A DNA stretch of 64,000 bases from an uncultured Gemmatimonadales bacterium (GTDB lineage Bacteria; Gemmatimonadota; Gemmatimonadetes; Gemmatimonadales; GWC2-71-9), in contig CAVZZO010000001.1 of assembly GCA_963779755.1 (NCBI GenBank), positions 928,001 through 992,000 of the forward strand. The letters are read 5' to 3'. Shown here piece after piece: positions 55,251-64,000 of the stretch (positions are counted from its first letter, which is position 1; the number at the start of each line of letters is the position of its first letter). Position numbers and translations under genes: made by a program. The notes beneath the pieces are model-generated. The model searched no databases, was not told the origin of the DNA, and worked only from the letters and a program-made list of their open reading frames with translations.

Positions 55251-55412
55251 GGAATGCTCCTGCGACCGGGGAAGGATGATGATCCGCATGCGCCGGCCTG
55301 CGGCCGGAATCCGCTAATGGCTAATGGCTTCTGGCGGTCTGTCAACTTGTCTTGCCGCGCGGCGCCCCGTATTGTTCCCGGAGCCGTTCTTTCCTTTGTC
55401 ATCGATCCCGCC

Positions 55413-56042
55413 ATGCGCCGATTGCTGGACCCGTCGGATCCGTTCAGCTACCTCCGCGTCACGGTTGCCGGACTGCTGCTGGCGGGGACGGTGCTCGCGA
55501 TTATCCTCGCCGCCGCCGGTATCGCGCCACGCGCCCTGGTGCTGGCCGGCGTCTTCTGGGCGCTCTACGGCCTGGTGCTGGGAATGATCGACGGCGTGCT
55601 CGCGCCCGCCATCGATCTGTTCGCCCGCATGGCGCAGAATGTGGGGCTGGGACGGGGAGAAGGCTACTCGGACGTCGAAGCCCTGGTCGCGCGCGGCCGG
55701 CTGGCCGACGCGGCGGAAGCCTATGCCGCCCGCGCCGCACACGGCGCGGTGGAACCGCTGCTGCGCCGTGCCGCGTTGCTGGCCGGCGCCATGGGCAGCC
55801 CGGGGCTGGCAGCGGCGGAGCTGGAAACGCGCCGCCGCACGGGTCATCCCCTGCCGCCGTCCGATGATCTCCGCCTGGGCCTCGCCCTGGCGGATCTCTA
55901 CGAACACCGGCTGGACCAGCCCGGCAAGGCCATGGCCGAGTTGCGGCGCCTGCTCGACCGCTATCCCTCCTCGCGGCGGGTGCGGCAGATCCGCGCGACC
56001 CTCGCCGCGCTCAAGCAGGAAAGCCTCGGAGCCGGCCGATGA
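55413..56042 (+). CDS. Hypothetical membrane protein with TPR-like C-terminus
   Basis: Two TM helices, then helical repeats (LADLYEHRL..AMAELRRLLDRYP). Confidence 0.65.
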   Translation: MRRLLDPSDPFSYLRVTVAGLLLAGTVLAIILAAAGIAPRALVLAGVFWALYGLVLGMIDGVLAPAIDLFARMAQNVGLGRGEGYSDVEALVARGRLADAAEAYAARAAHGAVEPLLRRAALLAGAMGSPGLAAAELETRRRTGHPLPPSDDLRLGLALADLYEHRLDQPGKAMAELRRLLDRYPSSRRVRQIRATLAALKQESLGAGR

Positions 56043-56082
56043 GTCGGCGCGCTCCGGTCGTCACCTCCTGACCAGGACCCGC

Positions 56083-57141
56083 ATGCCCCGTCGCCCACGG
56101 CTCGATCCTGCCATCTTCCACCTGCCGGTGGACCGGATGCGGGAAGGTTATTACTCCGACAAGTATTTTGTCCGCGCCCGCGAGATTCTCATCGCCGACG
56201 GGGCCCGCCCCCGGCTCACCATGCAGGTCTTCGGCAAGACCCACGCCTTCCTCGGCGGCATGGATGAAGCCATCGCCATCCTCAAGCTCTGTTCCATGGA
56301 GTGGCCCGAGCTGATAGTTCACGCTCTCTACGACGGCGATGAAGTCGAGCCCTGGGAGACGGTCATGCTGATCGAGGGGCCCTATGACGCCTTCGCGCAC
56401 CTGGAAACGCTGTACCTGGGCGTGCTGGCCCGGCGCACCCGCGTCGGGACCAACACCCGGCGCGTGGTGGAAGCCGCGGCGCCCAAGGAGATCATGTTCT
56501 TCCCCGCCCGGCACGACCACTGGCTGGTCCAGACGGGAGACGGCTACGCCGCCCATATCGCCGGCGCCATCGGCGTGTCCACCGATGCCCAGGCCAGCTG
56601 GTGGGGCAGCGAAGGGATCGGCACCGTCCCCCACAGCCTGATCGGCGCCTATGGCGGCGACACGGTGACCGCCTCGCGGAAGTTTGCCGACTACATCTCG
56701 CCCGACGTCCGCCTGCTGACCCTGGTAGACTGGGAAAACGACTGCGTGCGGACCGCCCTGGAGTGCGCCCACGGCCTGGGCGACCGGCTCTATGGCGTCC
56801 GGCTCGATACCAGCGAAATGCTGGTGGACCGCTCCGTCCTGCCGGAAATGGGCAACTTCCGCCCCACCGGTGTCTGCCCGCAGCTGGTGGAGAATGTTCG
56901 CGTGGCGCTGGACAGCGCGGGCTTTACCGGTGTAAAAATCGTGGTGTCGGGCGGCTTCACCGTGGAGAAGATCCGCGAATTCGAGCGGCTGGCCGTGCCG
57001 GTGGATGCCTACGGTGTGGGCAGCTCGCTCTTCGGCGGCCGCTTCGATTTTACCGCCGACGTGGTCCTGCGGGAGGGCCAGCCCTGCTCCAAGGTGGGCC
57101 GGCAATACCGGCCCAATCCGCGGCTGGAACTGGTGACGTGA
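56083..57141 (+). CDS. Nicotinate phosphoribosyltransferase (type II PRTase)
   Basis: YYSDKYF, GTVPHSL, LVDWEND, GVRLDTS, IVVSGG, DAYGVG, DFTAD. Confidence 0.85.
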   Translation: MPRRPRLDPAIFHLPVDRMREGYYSDKYFVRAREILIADGARPRLTMQVFGKTHAFLGGMDEAIAILKLCSMEWPELIVHALYDGDEVEPWETVMLIEGPYDAFAHLETLYLGVLARRTRVGTNTRRVVEAAAPKEIMFFPARHDHWLVQTGDGYAAHIAGAIGVSTDAQASWWGSEGIGTVPHSLIGAYGGDTVTASRKFADYISPDVRLLTLVDWENDCVRTALECAHGLGDRLYGVRLDTSEMLVDRSVLPEMGNFRPTGVCPQLVENVRVALDSAGFTGVKIVVSGGFTVEKIREFERLAVPVDAYGVGSSLFGGRFDFTADVVLREGQPCSKVGRQYRPNPRLELVT

Positions 57142-57248
57142 ACAGCGGGGAATGGGGAAACGGGAATCGGGAACAAACATGCGGTAAGAAGGGCTACCAA
57201 TAGCGGCCAGCGACTAACGACCAGCGACCACTTGCCAGCAGCCATCTG

Positions 57249-57908
57249 ATGATTTCAAGCCTCCTCTTCTGGGACGTCGACACCCAGGCCGATTTCATGC
57301 TGCCCGACGGCAGGCTCTACGTGCCGGGAAGCGTGGACATCATCCCGGCCCTGGAACGGCTCACCCGGTTCGCGCACCAGCGCGGCATCCGCATCATCGC
57401 TAGCGCCGACGACCATGAGCCGGGCCATCAGGAACTGAGCGACCATCCCGATTTCAAGGACACCTATCCGCCGCACTGCATGCGGGGCACCCCGGGGCAG
57501 CAGAAGATCCCCGCCACGGCGCTGCGCAACCCGCTGGTGATCGAGCCCCATCCGCAGGACCCGAAGGCGGTCGCGGAGCGTGCGGTCGGACACGATGGCG
57601 ACATACTCTTCCACAAGCACTGGTTCGATGTGTTCACCAATCCCAACGTGGTACCGGTGGTTCGTGCCCACGACCCCCCGGCCATCGTGCTCTACGGAGT
57701 CGCGCTGGACGTCTGCGACCGTTATGCCATCGAGGGGCTGGTCCGTTACCGGCCGCACACCCGGCTCTATTTCGTGACCGACGCCGCCCGCGCCATCTAT
57801 GCCGAGCAGGCCGAGCACCTGCTCAAGGCCTGGGGCGAGGAGGGCGTCCGCCTGGTGACGACCGGCGAAATCGTGGACGAAGGTATCCTGGACGAGTATC
57901 TCCCATGA
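57249..57908 (+). CDS. pncA: Nicotinamidase / isochorismatase family cysteine hydrolase
   Basis: DVDTQADF, D.H, PPHCMRGT.G, GVALDVC; adjacent to the NAPRTase. Confidence 0.85.
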   Translation: MISSLLFWDVDTQADFMLPDGRLYVPGSVDIIPALERLTRFAHQRGIRIIASADDHEPGHQELSDHPDFKDTYPPHCMRGTPGQQKIPATALRNPLVIEPHPQDPKAVAERAVGHDGDILFHKHWFDVFTNPNVVPVVRAHDPPAIVLYGVALDVCDRYAIEGLVRYRPHTRLYFVTDAARAIYAEQAEHLLKAWGEEGVRLVTTGEIVDEGILDEYLP

Positions 57909-59008
57909 CCGATCTGCCCTTTGGCCGCATCTTTCTTCCCGGGCCCGCCGATATCCACCCCGACGTCATCGCCGCGCTCGACGCCCCCAGGATTTCCCAC
58001 CGCAGCCCCGAGATGGAACAGGTCATCGCCACCATGCAGCCGCGGCTGCAGCGGCTCTTCCGCACCGGCAGACCGGTCCTGATCGGAACCTGCTCGTCCA
58101 CCGGCTTCATGGAGGCCGCCATTCGCGGAGGCGTACGCCAGCGGGTGCTGGTGGTGGATGGCGGGTATTTCGGCGACCGGTTCATGAAAATCGCCGAGGC
58201 CTGCGGCAAGGAGGCTATCCGGGTCAAGGTGCATCCGGGGCGGACCATCGAACCCGATCAACTGGCCCAGTTTCTCGATGGGCCGGAGGTCGACGCGGTC
58301 GCCCTGGTGCACTCCGAAACCTCCACCGGCGCGCTGGCCCCCCTGGAAGAGCTGGCCCGCGTGGTCCGCACCCGGCCGGATGTGCTGCTGCTGGTGGACG
58401 CGGTCACCTCACTCGGCGCCTCACCGGTCGAAACCGATGCCTGGGGCATCGATTTCGTCTTCACCGGCAGCCAGAAAGCGCTGGCGGTGCCGCCGGGGCT
58501 GGCGCTCGGGGTGGCGTCGAAGCCATTGGTCGAGCGGGCTCGTACGCTGGGCGACCGCGGCTGGTATTTCGATCCCCTGCTCTTCGAAGATGCTGCGGTG
58601 CACGGCCGGCCGACCCAGACTCCCGCCATGCCGCAGTACTTTGCGCTGGCGCGGCAGTTGGAACGGATCGATGCCGAAGGCGGCGTCGAGGCCCGCTGGC
58701 ATCGCCACTACGACATGCTGCTGGCGGTTGAGCGCTGGGTCGCGGAACATCCGGGATTCTCATTCTTTGCGCCAGAAGGCCGGCGATCCTGGGCCGTTTC
58801 CGCCCTGCGGGTGCCCGAAGGCGTCAAGGCCACCGAGCTGGTGCGCCGCCTCAAACGCCGCGGCTGGCTGATCGGGGCGGGCCTTCCCGACCTGACGGAG
58901 GTCATCATCCGGATCGGACACATGGGTGATGTAGGGGAGGCCCACCTCACGGCCCTGCTGGAACAACTGGAAGCGGTTGTGGCCGAAGGGGCTGGCACGC
59001 CGGTGTGA
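57905..59008 (+). CDS. Class V aminotransferase (alanine-glyoxylate / serine-pyruvate type)
   Basis: PGP, HSETSTG, VDAVTS, GSQKAL..PPG, RIGHMG. Confidence 0.92.
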   Translation: MTDLPFGRIFLPGPADIHPDVIAALDAPRISHRSPEMEQVIATMQPRLQRLFRTGRPVLIGTCSSTGFMEAAIRGGVRQRVLVVDGGYFGDRFMKIAEACGKEAIRVKVHPGRTIEPDQLAQFLDGPEVDAVALVHSETSTGALAPLEELARVVRTRPDVLLLVDAVTSLGASPVETDAWGIDFVFTGSQKALAVPPGLALGVASKPLVERARTLGDRGWYFDPLLFEDAAVHGRPTQTPAMPQYFALARQLERIDAEGGVEARWHRHYDMLLAVERWVAEHPGFSFFAPEGRRSWAVSALRVPEGVKATELVRRLKRRGWLIGAGLPDLTEVIIRIGHMGDVGEAHLTALLEQLEAVVAEGAGTPV

Positions 59009-59018
59009 GCCATCCCAC

Positions 59019-59182
59019 AGACGGCGAGTCCGGACGGCAGCATTGTTGGCCCGGAAGGTCGGCGGGATGTCAGCGGCAGACAATGCCGGTCTACACACAC
59101 CCGGGTCGACGCAGCCCGGTTGTACTCTGACATGGCGTCGGCCTTCTCCTCCACAGTCCTGCCACAACGATCCTCGCAGTCT
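59019..59182 (+). ncRNA. Candidate structured RNA (long stem with 3-way junction)
   Basis: 59054-59073 pairs with 59127-59146 (18 bp including two G-U); outer 59019-59028/59173-59182 pairing; no family recognised. Confidence 0.3.
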
Positions 59183-59189
59183 CCCACCG

Positions 59190-59223
59190 CGAATCGGGCC
59201 CATGCGTAGGCCCGATTCGTTTT
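59190..59223 (+). terminator. Intrinsic terminator CGAATCGGGCC-N8-GGCCCGATTCG-TTTT
   Basis: Perfect 11-bp stem plus T tract. Confidence 0.7.
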
Positions 59224-59559
59224 AGGGGGGATGGGCAGAGTGGGCTTGCCGGGCTCCCGTTCCTTCCCTCATCCGCCGACTGCGCCCAGTCCATCTACGA
59301 CATGGCCGGTCACCTGTCTGAGCCGTGTGACCCAGTTCACCGCATGGCACTTCAGGCGGGGTAGATTGGGGCCGCGAGAGGGCGCTGGGCGCGGGTTCTA
59401 GGAGAGAGAGAGCCTGAGGACGGCCGGCAGCACAGACCGAATGAGAGCACCCGCGTCGTCTCTGGCTATAGATAAGGGCGGCCGTTGACTGGTTGTCCGC
59501 GTATGGAAAGGGCGCCCCCCGCCCCTGACATGCCGGGCTGCCGGGTCCAGCGGTCGCCT

Positions 59560-61266
59560 TTAGCCGTTTATGCTGGGGGCCAGCGACAGGTCGCCCGCGG
59601 GTTCCGGCCGCTCCACCTCCGGGACTTCGGGCGCGCGCTCGAGCTGGAAGCGGGACACGGCGCCGGTCAGGCGGTCTGACGCCTGGGAGAGCTGGGAGGC
59701 CGAATGCGCGATCTCGATCGTGGAGGCGCTCAGCTCCTGGGCCGAGGCGGCAATCTGCTGGGCGGCGGCGGCGAACTCCTCGGTGCCTTCGGAGACATCG
59801 GTCATTCGTTGCACGATTCCCTGGACCAGTTCCCGGACTTCCCGGGAACTGCCCGAGATCTGACGGGTCCAGGAATCATTGGCTTCGGCCTCGCTGGCCA
59901 GCGTGTTGAGTCCCGATGCCGCGGTGTTGGCCGCATCCCGCGCCGTGACCCCGCCCTCGGCCAGCCGGAGCAGCCGTTCGCGGGCCGTTCGCACCCGGAT
60001 CTGGACCGCGTCTACCGTCTGGCTGGTGGTCGTGGCCGCCTGCGCCGCCTGGCCCGCCAGCTTCCGAACCTCCTCCGCCACCACCGCGAACCCGCGGCCT
60101 TCCGCCCCCGCCCGCGCGGCTTCGATGCCCGCGTTGAGGGCCAGCATATGGGTCTGCCGGGCGATGGTCTTGGTCTGCACGACGAACTTGCCGATCTCCT
60201 CCGAGGCCGCGGCCAGCGCCTCGGCTTCTTTCAGGCCCAGCTCGATCTCCTCGGCCAGGCGCTCCAGCTGGGTGGAGCTGGCATCGAGCTGCTCCTGGTG
60301 GCCCCGGGCGACCCGTGCCAGTGAGGCGTTCCGGTCGGCCGCTTCGCGCGCGCCCTCGGCCAGGCCCTGGGCGATGTTGAGGATGCGGGAGGCATCGACG
60401 GCGGTCGCGCGGACCAGGGCGGCCTGCTTGTTGGCCCGGTCGGTCAGGTCGCCGCAGGTGCCCGCCACCTCTTCCGTGGAGGCGCTCATCTGCTGCGTCG
60501 AGGCGGAGATCTGGAGGGCCAGCGTCGCGGCCTCGCCGGAGGCGCTGCGAATGGACTCCACCAGGTTGCGCAGCTCGTTGACCATGAACGTCACCCCGGT
60601 GCCCAGTTGGCCGACCTCGTCGCGGGATTGCGGCAGGTGGAGACTGGGCGCCGTGAGATCGCCCACGGCCACGCGGGAGACCACCCGGTCCATCCCCACC
60701 AGGGGTTCGACGACCCGGCGGCGGAAGTAAGCTACGATCGCCGCCAGCAGCAGCCCGCCGACGATGGCCACCAGCACCAGTTCCAGCCAGATGGTGTGCA
60801 GCAGGCCGCGCATGCTCCAGGTCGTCGAGGCCTGCTGGCGCAGTACCAGGGTCCAGCCGGCGCGCTGCAGCGGTACCGTTGCGATATGTTCCCGGCCATG
60901 CGCGTCCTGCACTTCGAGGACGCCGCCTCCGGTTGCACCGGTCAGGTTCGGAGCGGCCTCGCCCGCCGGGTGCTGCGGATCGGTGGAGGACACGATGATC
61001 CCCTGCTCGTTGACGATCTCCACGTCGACCCTGCTGTCGGTGGCGGCGAGAGTCCCCGGCGTCGGGACAATGCCGGCCGCGAGCAGCTGGTTGGCCAGAC
61101 CCGCCGCCTGCACTGCAAACTCGCGCAGTTCCAGATCGCGCCGTTCGCCCACGAAGCGGTTGGCTCCCCGGTAGGTGAGCAGAAAGGTGAACAGCAGAAA
61201 GAGCGCGCCGGCGGCGCCGCTGGCGATCCAGATGGTTCGGGCAAGATGGGAGTGGCGCGCTGCCAT
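59560..61266 (-). CDS. Methyl-accepting chemotaxis protein (TM-sensor-TM-HAMP-MCP signal)
   Basis: [48 protein letters not shown]; real start ATG 61266. Confidence 0.92.
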   Translation of the reverse strand: MAARHSHLARTIWIASGAAGALFLLFTFLLTYRGANRFVGERRDLELREFAVQAAGLANQLLAAGIVPTPGTLAATDSRVDVEIVNEQGIIVSSTDPQHPAGEAAPNLTGATGGGVLEVQDAHGREHIATVPLQRAGWTLVLRQQASTTWSMRGLLHTIWLELVLVAIVGGLLLAAIVAYFRRRVVEPLVGMDRVVSRVAVGDLTAPSLHLPQSRDEVGQLGTGVTFMVNELRNLVESIRSASGEAATLALQISASTQQMSASTEEVAGTCGDLTDRANKQAALVRATAVDASRILNIAQGLAEGAREAADRNASLARVARGHQEQLDASSTQLERLAEEIELGLKEAEALAAASEEIGKFVVQTKTIARQTHMLALNAGIEAARAGAEGRGFAVVAEEVRKLAGQAAQAATTTSQTVDAVQIRVRTARERLLRLAEGGVTARDAANTAASGLNTLASEAEANDSWTRQISGSSREVRELVQGIVQRMTDVSEGTEEFAAAAQQIAASAQELSASTIEIAHSASQLSQASDRLTGAVSRFQLERAPEVPEVERPEPAGDLSLAPSING

Positions 61267-61395
61267 GGGGCTCCGGGGAGCTGATGTGCGAGGGGGGATC
61301 CTGGCGTGGAAGTTAGGGTTTGGCGCGAGGGTGGGCAAGCAGATACCCGGGGTCCGGCTTTCGGTCCTCCAGCCACCCTGTCTAGATTGCCGCGC

Positions 61396-63867
61396 ATGAC
61401 CGAGCACACGCAGGATCAGGCCGGCTACGACCCGGCCGTCATCGAGGCGCGCTGGCAGGCGCGCTGGGCTGAGCGGCGCACTAACGAGCCCGATCTCGAA
61501 GGCGCCGCCAGGCCGTTCTACAATCTGATGATGTTCCCCTATCCCTCGGCGGAAGGGCTGCACGTGGGGAACATGTTCGCGTTTACCGGCAGCGATATCT
61601 ACGGCCGCTTCAAGCGGCTGCAGGGCTGGAATGTCTTCGAGCCCATCGGTTTCGACGCCTTCGGGATTCACAGCGAGAACCACGCGATCAAGGTGGGCAT
61701 CCACCCCGCCGAGCTGATTCCCCGTAACATCGAGAACTTCCGTCGCCAGCTGGTCCGCATCGGGGGGATGTTCGACTGGCGGCACGAGCTCTCTACCACC
61801 GATCCCGGTTATTACAAATGGACGCAGTGGCTGTTCCTCCAACTGTATCAGGCGGGGAAGGCCTACAAGAAGAAAGCCGCGGTCAACTGGTGCCCGGAGT
61901 GCAAGACGGTCCTGGCCAATGAGCAGGTGGTGAACGGGTTCTGCGAACGGCATCCCGACGTCAAGGTGGAGCAGCGGATGCTGGAGCAATGGTTTTTCCG
62001 GATCACCGACTACGCCGAGGCCCTGCTGCACAACCTGAAGACGCTGGACTGGTCGGAGAGCACCCTGACGGCCCAGCGGAACTGGATCGGGCGCTCCCAG
62101 GGCGCGCGTATCACGTTCCAGGTGATGCCGGAAGCCGCGGGCGAGGCGGAGCATGGCCCCGTGGCGGTCGAGGTCTTTACCACCCGTCCCGATACCATCT
62201 TCGGCGCTACCTGGCTGGTGCTGGCACCCGAACATCCGGCAGTCGCGCGGATCACCCATCCGGACCGGCGGCAGGAGGTGGTGGCCTACCGGGAGCGCGC
62301 CGCGGCCATGGACCTGGTCACCCGCAAGGTGGTGAAGGACAAGACCGGCGTCTTCACCGGCGCCTATGCCACCAATCCCGCCACCGGCGAGCCGATCCCG
62401 GTATGGGTGGCCGACTACGTCCTCATGGAATACGGGACCGGCGCCATCATGGCGGTGCCCGGCCACGACGAGCGTGACTTCGAGTTCGCCCGGGAGTTCG
62501 ATCTCCCCATCGTCCGGGTGGTGGCGGCCAGCGGCGACACCGCCGATACGCCGCTGGACCAGGCCTATACCGACAGCGAGCGCGGCCGCCTGGTCAACTC
62601 GGGGCAGTTCAACAATCTGAGCGTGGCCCAGGCGCAGCGGGCCGTCGTGGAGTGGCTGGCGAGTCTGGGCGCGGCTCATCCCGAGGTGAACTACCGGCTG
62701 CACGACTGGTGCATTTCCCGGCAGCGCTACTGGGGGCCGCCGATCCCCATCATCTACTGCGACACCTGCGGCGCCGTCCCCGTGCCCGAAGCCGACCTTC
62801 CCGTGCTGCTTCCCGCGATCGAAGACTTCCGGCCCGAGGACACCGGCGTCTCGCCCCTGGCCCGGCATGAGGAGTGGTACTACGTCCCCTGTCCCCAGTG
62901 CGGAGCCCGGGGCCGGCGGGAGACCGACGTTTCGGACACCTTCCTGGATTCGGCCTGGTACTACCTGCGCTACCCCAGCAGCGACCTGGATGACCGGCCA
63001 TTCGATGCGGCGCTCACCCGCCGCTGGCTGCCGGTCACGACCTACATCGGCGGCAATGAACACGCCGTGCTGCACCTGCTCTACTCCCGCTTCATTGCCA
63101 TGGTGCTGCACGAGCTCGGCCACATCGGGTTCGAGGAGCCGTTCACCCGGTTCCGCGCCCACGGGCTCATTGTGAAGGACGGGGCCAAGATGTCCAAGTC
63201 CCGGGGCAACGTGGTGGTGCCCGACGAGTACATCTCCAGGTGGGGGGCGGACACTTTCCGCATGTATCTGATGTCGCTCGGCCCTTTCCAGGAGGGCGGC
63301 GATTTCCGCGACGCAGGCATCAGCGGCCCCCGGCGTTTTCTCGACAAGGTCTGGATGCTGGTCGGCGATTCCGTGGGCGAGGACGCCTGCGGAGAGATCA
63401 CGCACCGCATTCTGGTGAAGTGGCACCAGACCAAGCGCAAGGTCACGGAAGATTACGAGGACCTGAAATACAACACCGCCATCGCCGCCATGATGGAACT
63501 GGTGAATACGCTGCGCGAGGCCAACTGTGTCGAGCGGCGGGTGGTGGCAGACCTGATCGTCATGCTCGCACCCATCGTCCCGCATTTCGCCGAGGAATGC
63601 TGGGAGCGGCTGGGGCAGCAGGGATCGGTGTTCGATGCCGCGTGGCCCGCCTGGAACCCGGCGCTGGTGGTGGAGGACACGGTCGAGCTGGTGGTGCAGG
63701 TCAACGGCCGCACCCGCTCCCGGGTCATGGTGCCGCGGGACTCCGCCGAGGAGGCCGCGGTGGACGCGGCGCTGGCCGATACGGCGGTGCAGCGTTTCGT
63801 GGGCCAACAGGAGATTCGCAAGCGGATCTACGTGCCCAACCGGCTGGTGAATCTCGTGGTGGGTTAG
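61396..63867 (+). CDS. leuS: Leucine--tRNA ligase
   Basis: MFPYPS..LHVGN (HIGH), [46 protein letters not shown]. Confidence 0.98.
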   Translation: MTEHTQDQAGYDPAVIEARWQARWAERRTNEPDLEGAARPFYNLMMFPYPSAEGLHVGNMFAFTGSDIYGRFKRLQGWNVFEPIGFDAFGIHSENHAIKVGIHPAELIPRNIENFRRQLVRIGGMFDWRHELSTTDPGYYKWTQWLFLQLYQAGKAYKKKAAVNWCPECKTVLANEQVVNGFCERHPDVKVEQRMLEQWFFRITDYAEALLHNLKTLDWSESTLTAQRNWIGRSQGARITFQVMPEAAGEAEHGPVAVEVFTTRPDTIFGATWLVLAPEHPAVARITHPDRRQEVVAYRERAAAMDLVTRKVVKDKTGVFTGAYATNPATGEPIPVWVADYVLMEYGTGAIMAVPGHDERDFEFAREFDLPIVRVVAASGDTADTPLDQAYTDSERGRLVNSGQFNNLSVAQAQRAVVEWLASLGAAHPEVNYRLHDWCISRQRYWGPPIPIIYCDTCGAVPVPEADLPVLLPAIEDFRPEDTGVSPLARHEEWYYVPCPQCGARGRRETDVSDTFLDSAWYYLRYPSSDLDDRPFDAALTRRWLPVTTYIGGNEHAVLHLLYSRFIAMVLHELGHIGFEEPFTRFRAHGLIVKDGAKMSKSRGNVVVPDEYISRWGADTFRMYLMSLGPFQEGGDFRDAGISGPRRFLDKVWMLVGDSVGEDACGEITHRILVKWHQTKRKVTEDYEDLKYNTAIAAMMELVNTLREANCVERRVVADLIVMLAPIVPHFAEECWERLGQQGSVFDAAWPAWNPALVVEDTVELVVQVNGRTRSRVMVPRDSAEEAAVDAALADTAVQRFVGQQEIRKRIYVPNRLVNLVVG

Positions 63868-64000
63868 TCCGGCCAGGGCGTCGCGCATCCGGCGCCGGGT
63901 CCGCCGGGGGCGTGTGCAGGGAGTACCGGATCAGGCGTCATCAAGGCTGGGTAACGGTGGCGCCGGCCTGGCTGTGTGGCCGAGGCCGCTTACGACCCGG

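Noticed and set aside
54261..55412. N-terminal 384 aa of the 593-aa ORF
   Set aside because: Mostly antisense to the asparaginase; the credible start is ATG 55413
684..57180. Numerous long antisense ORFs (e.g. 684-3029, 8652-10544, 35970-38444, 38402-40840, 56011-57180)
   Set aside because: Expected shadows of high-GC codon usage opposite well-supported genes
58708..59187. Minus-strand ORF with GGAGG before an internal ATG (MSEYNR..)
   Set aside because: SD spacing is too long, the ORF overlaps the aminotransferase antisense, and it has no recognisable motifs
59560..63888. 1442-aa minus-strand ORF as a giant fusion protein
   Set aside because: The first about 870 aa are largely the antisense shadow of leuS; only the MCP from ATG 61266 is credible

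Overview
High-GC bacterial chromosomal window. The gene content (many GxxGxGPGEF beta-propeller proteins, an ECF sigma/HEAT locus, a Zn-ribbon Ser/Thr kinase) suggests Gemmatimonadota, but that is inference. The left arm (1-17.7 kb) carries an H1-like basic protein, an exported glycoside hydrolase, an Ig/TolB protein, a Zn-ADH, a DUF5916-type protein and an ECF sigma/anti-sigma/HEAT/HEAT operon. A plastic, partly lower-GC island (17.9-30.8 kb) holds five intact and two fragmentary 6-bladed-propeller genes, two exported 6+1-Cys mini-proteins, divergent AraC-like HTH genes, intact and broken Uma2 genes, a complete IS256 with TSD, an IS3 remnant and an HUH TnpA with REP-like hairpins. The island abuts an MFP plus two RND permeases, one of which lacks the TM4 Asp. 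The right arm (38.5-64 kb) is mostly housekeeping: gyrA, Thr/Ser dehydratase, diguanylate cyclase, kinase, E1-alpha, M1 peptidase, GMC oxidase, TetR, saccharopine dehydrogenase, Omp85, glycosylasparaginase, NAD salvage genes, an MCP and leuS. Best candidates for novelty: (1) a propeller + Cys-rich mini-protein + HTH + heteromeric RND system; (2) about 20 palindromic 7-9-mer tandem-repeat elements, several sitting in frame inside genes; (3) a TnpA/REP unit whose hairpins mark rearrangement breakpoints; (4) a structured ncRNA candidate near 59.0-59.2 kb. No tRNA, rRNA or CRISPR array was recognised. All product calls come from motif recognition by eye, not database searches.
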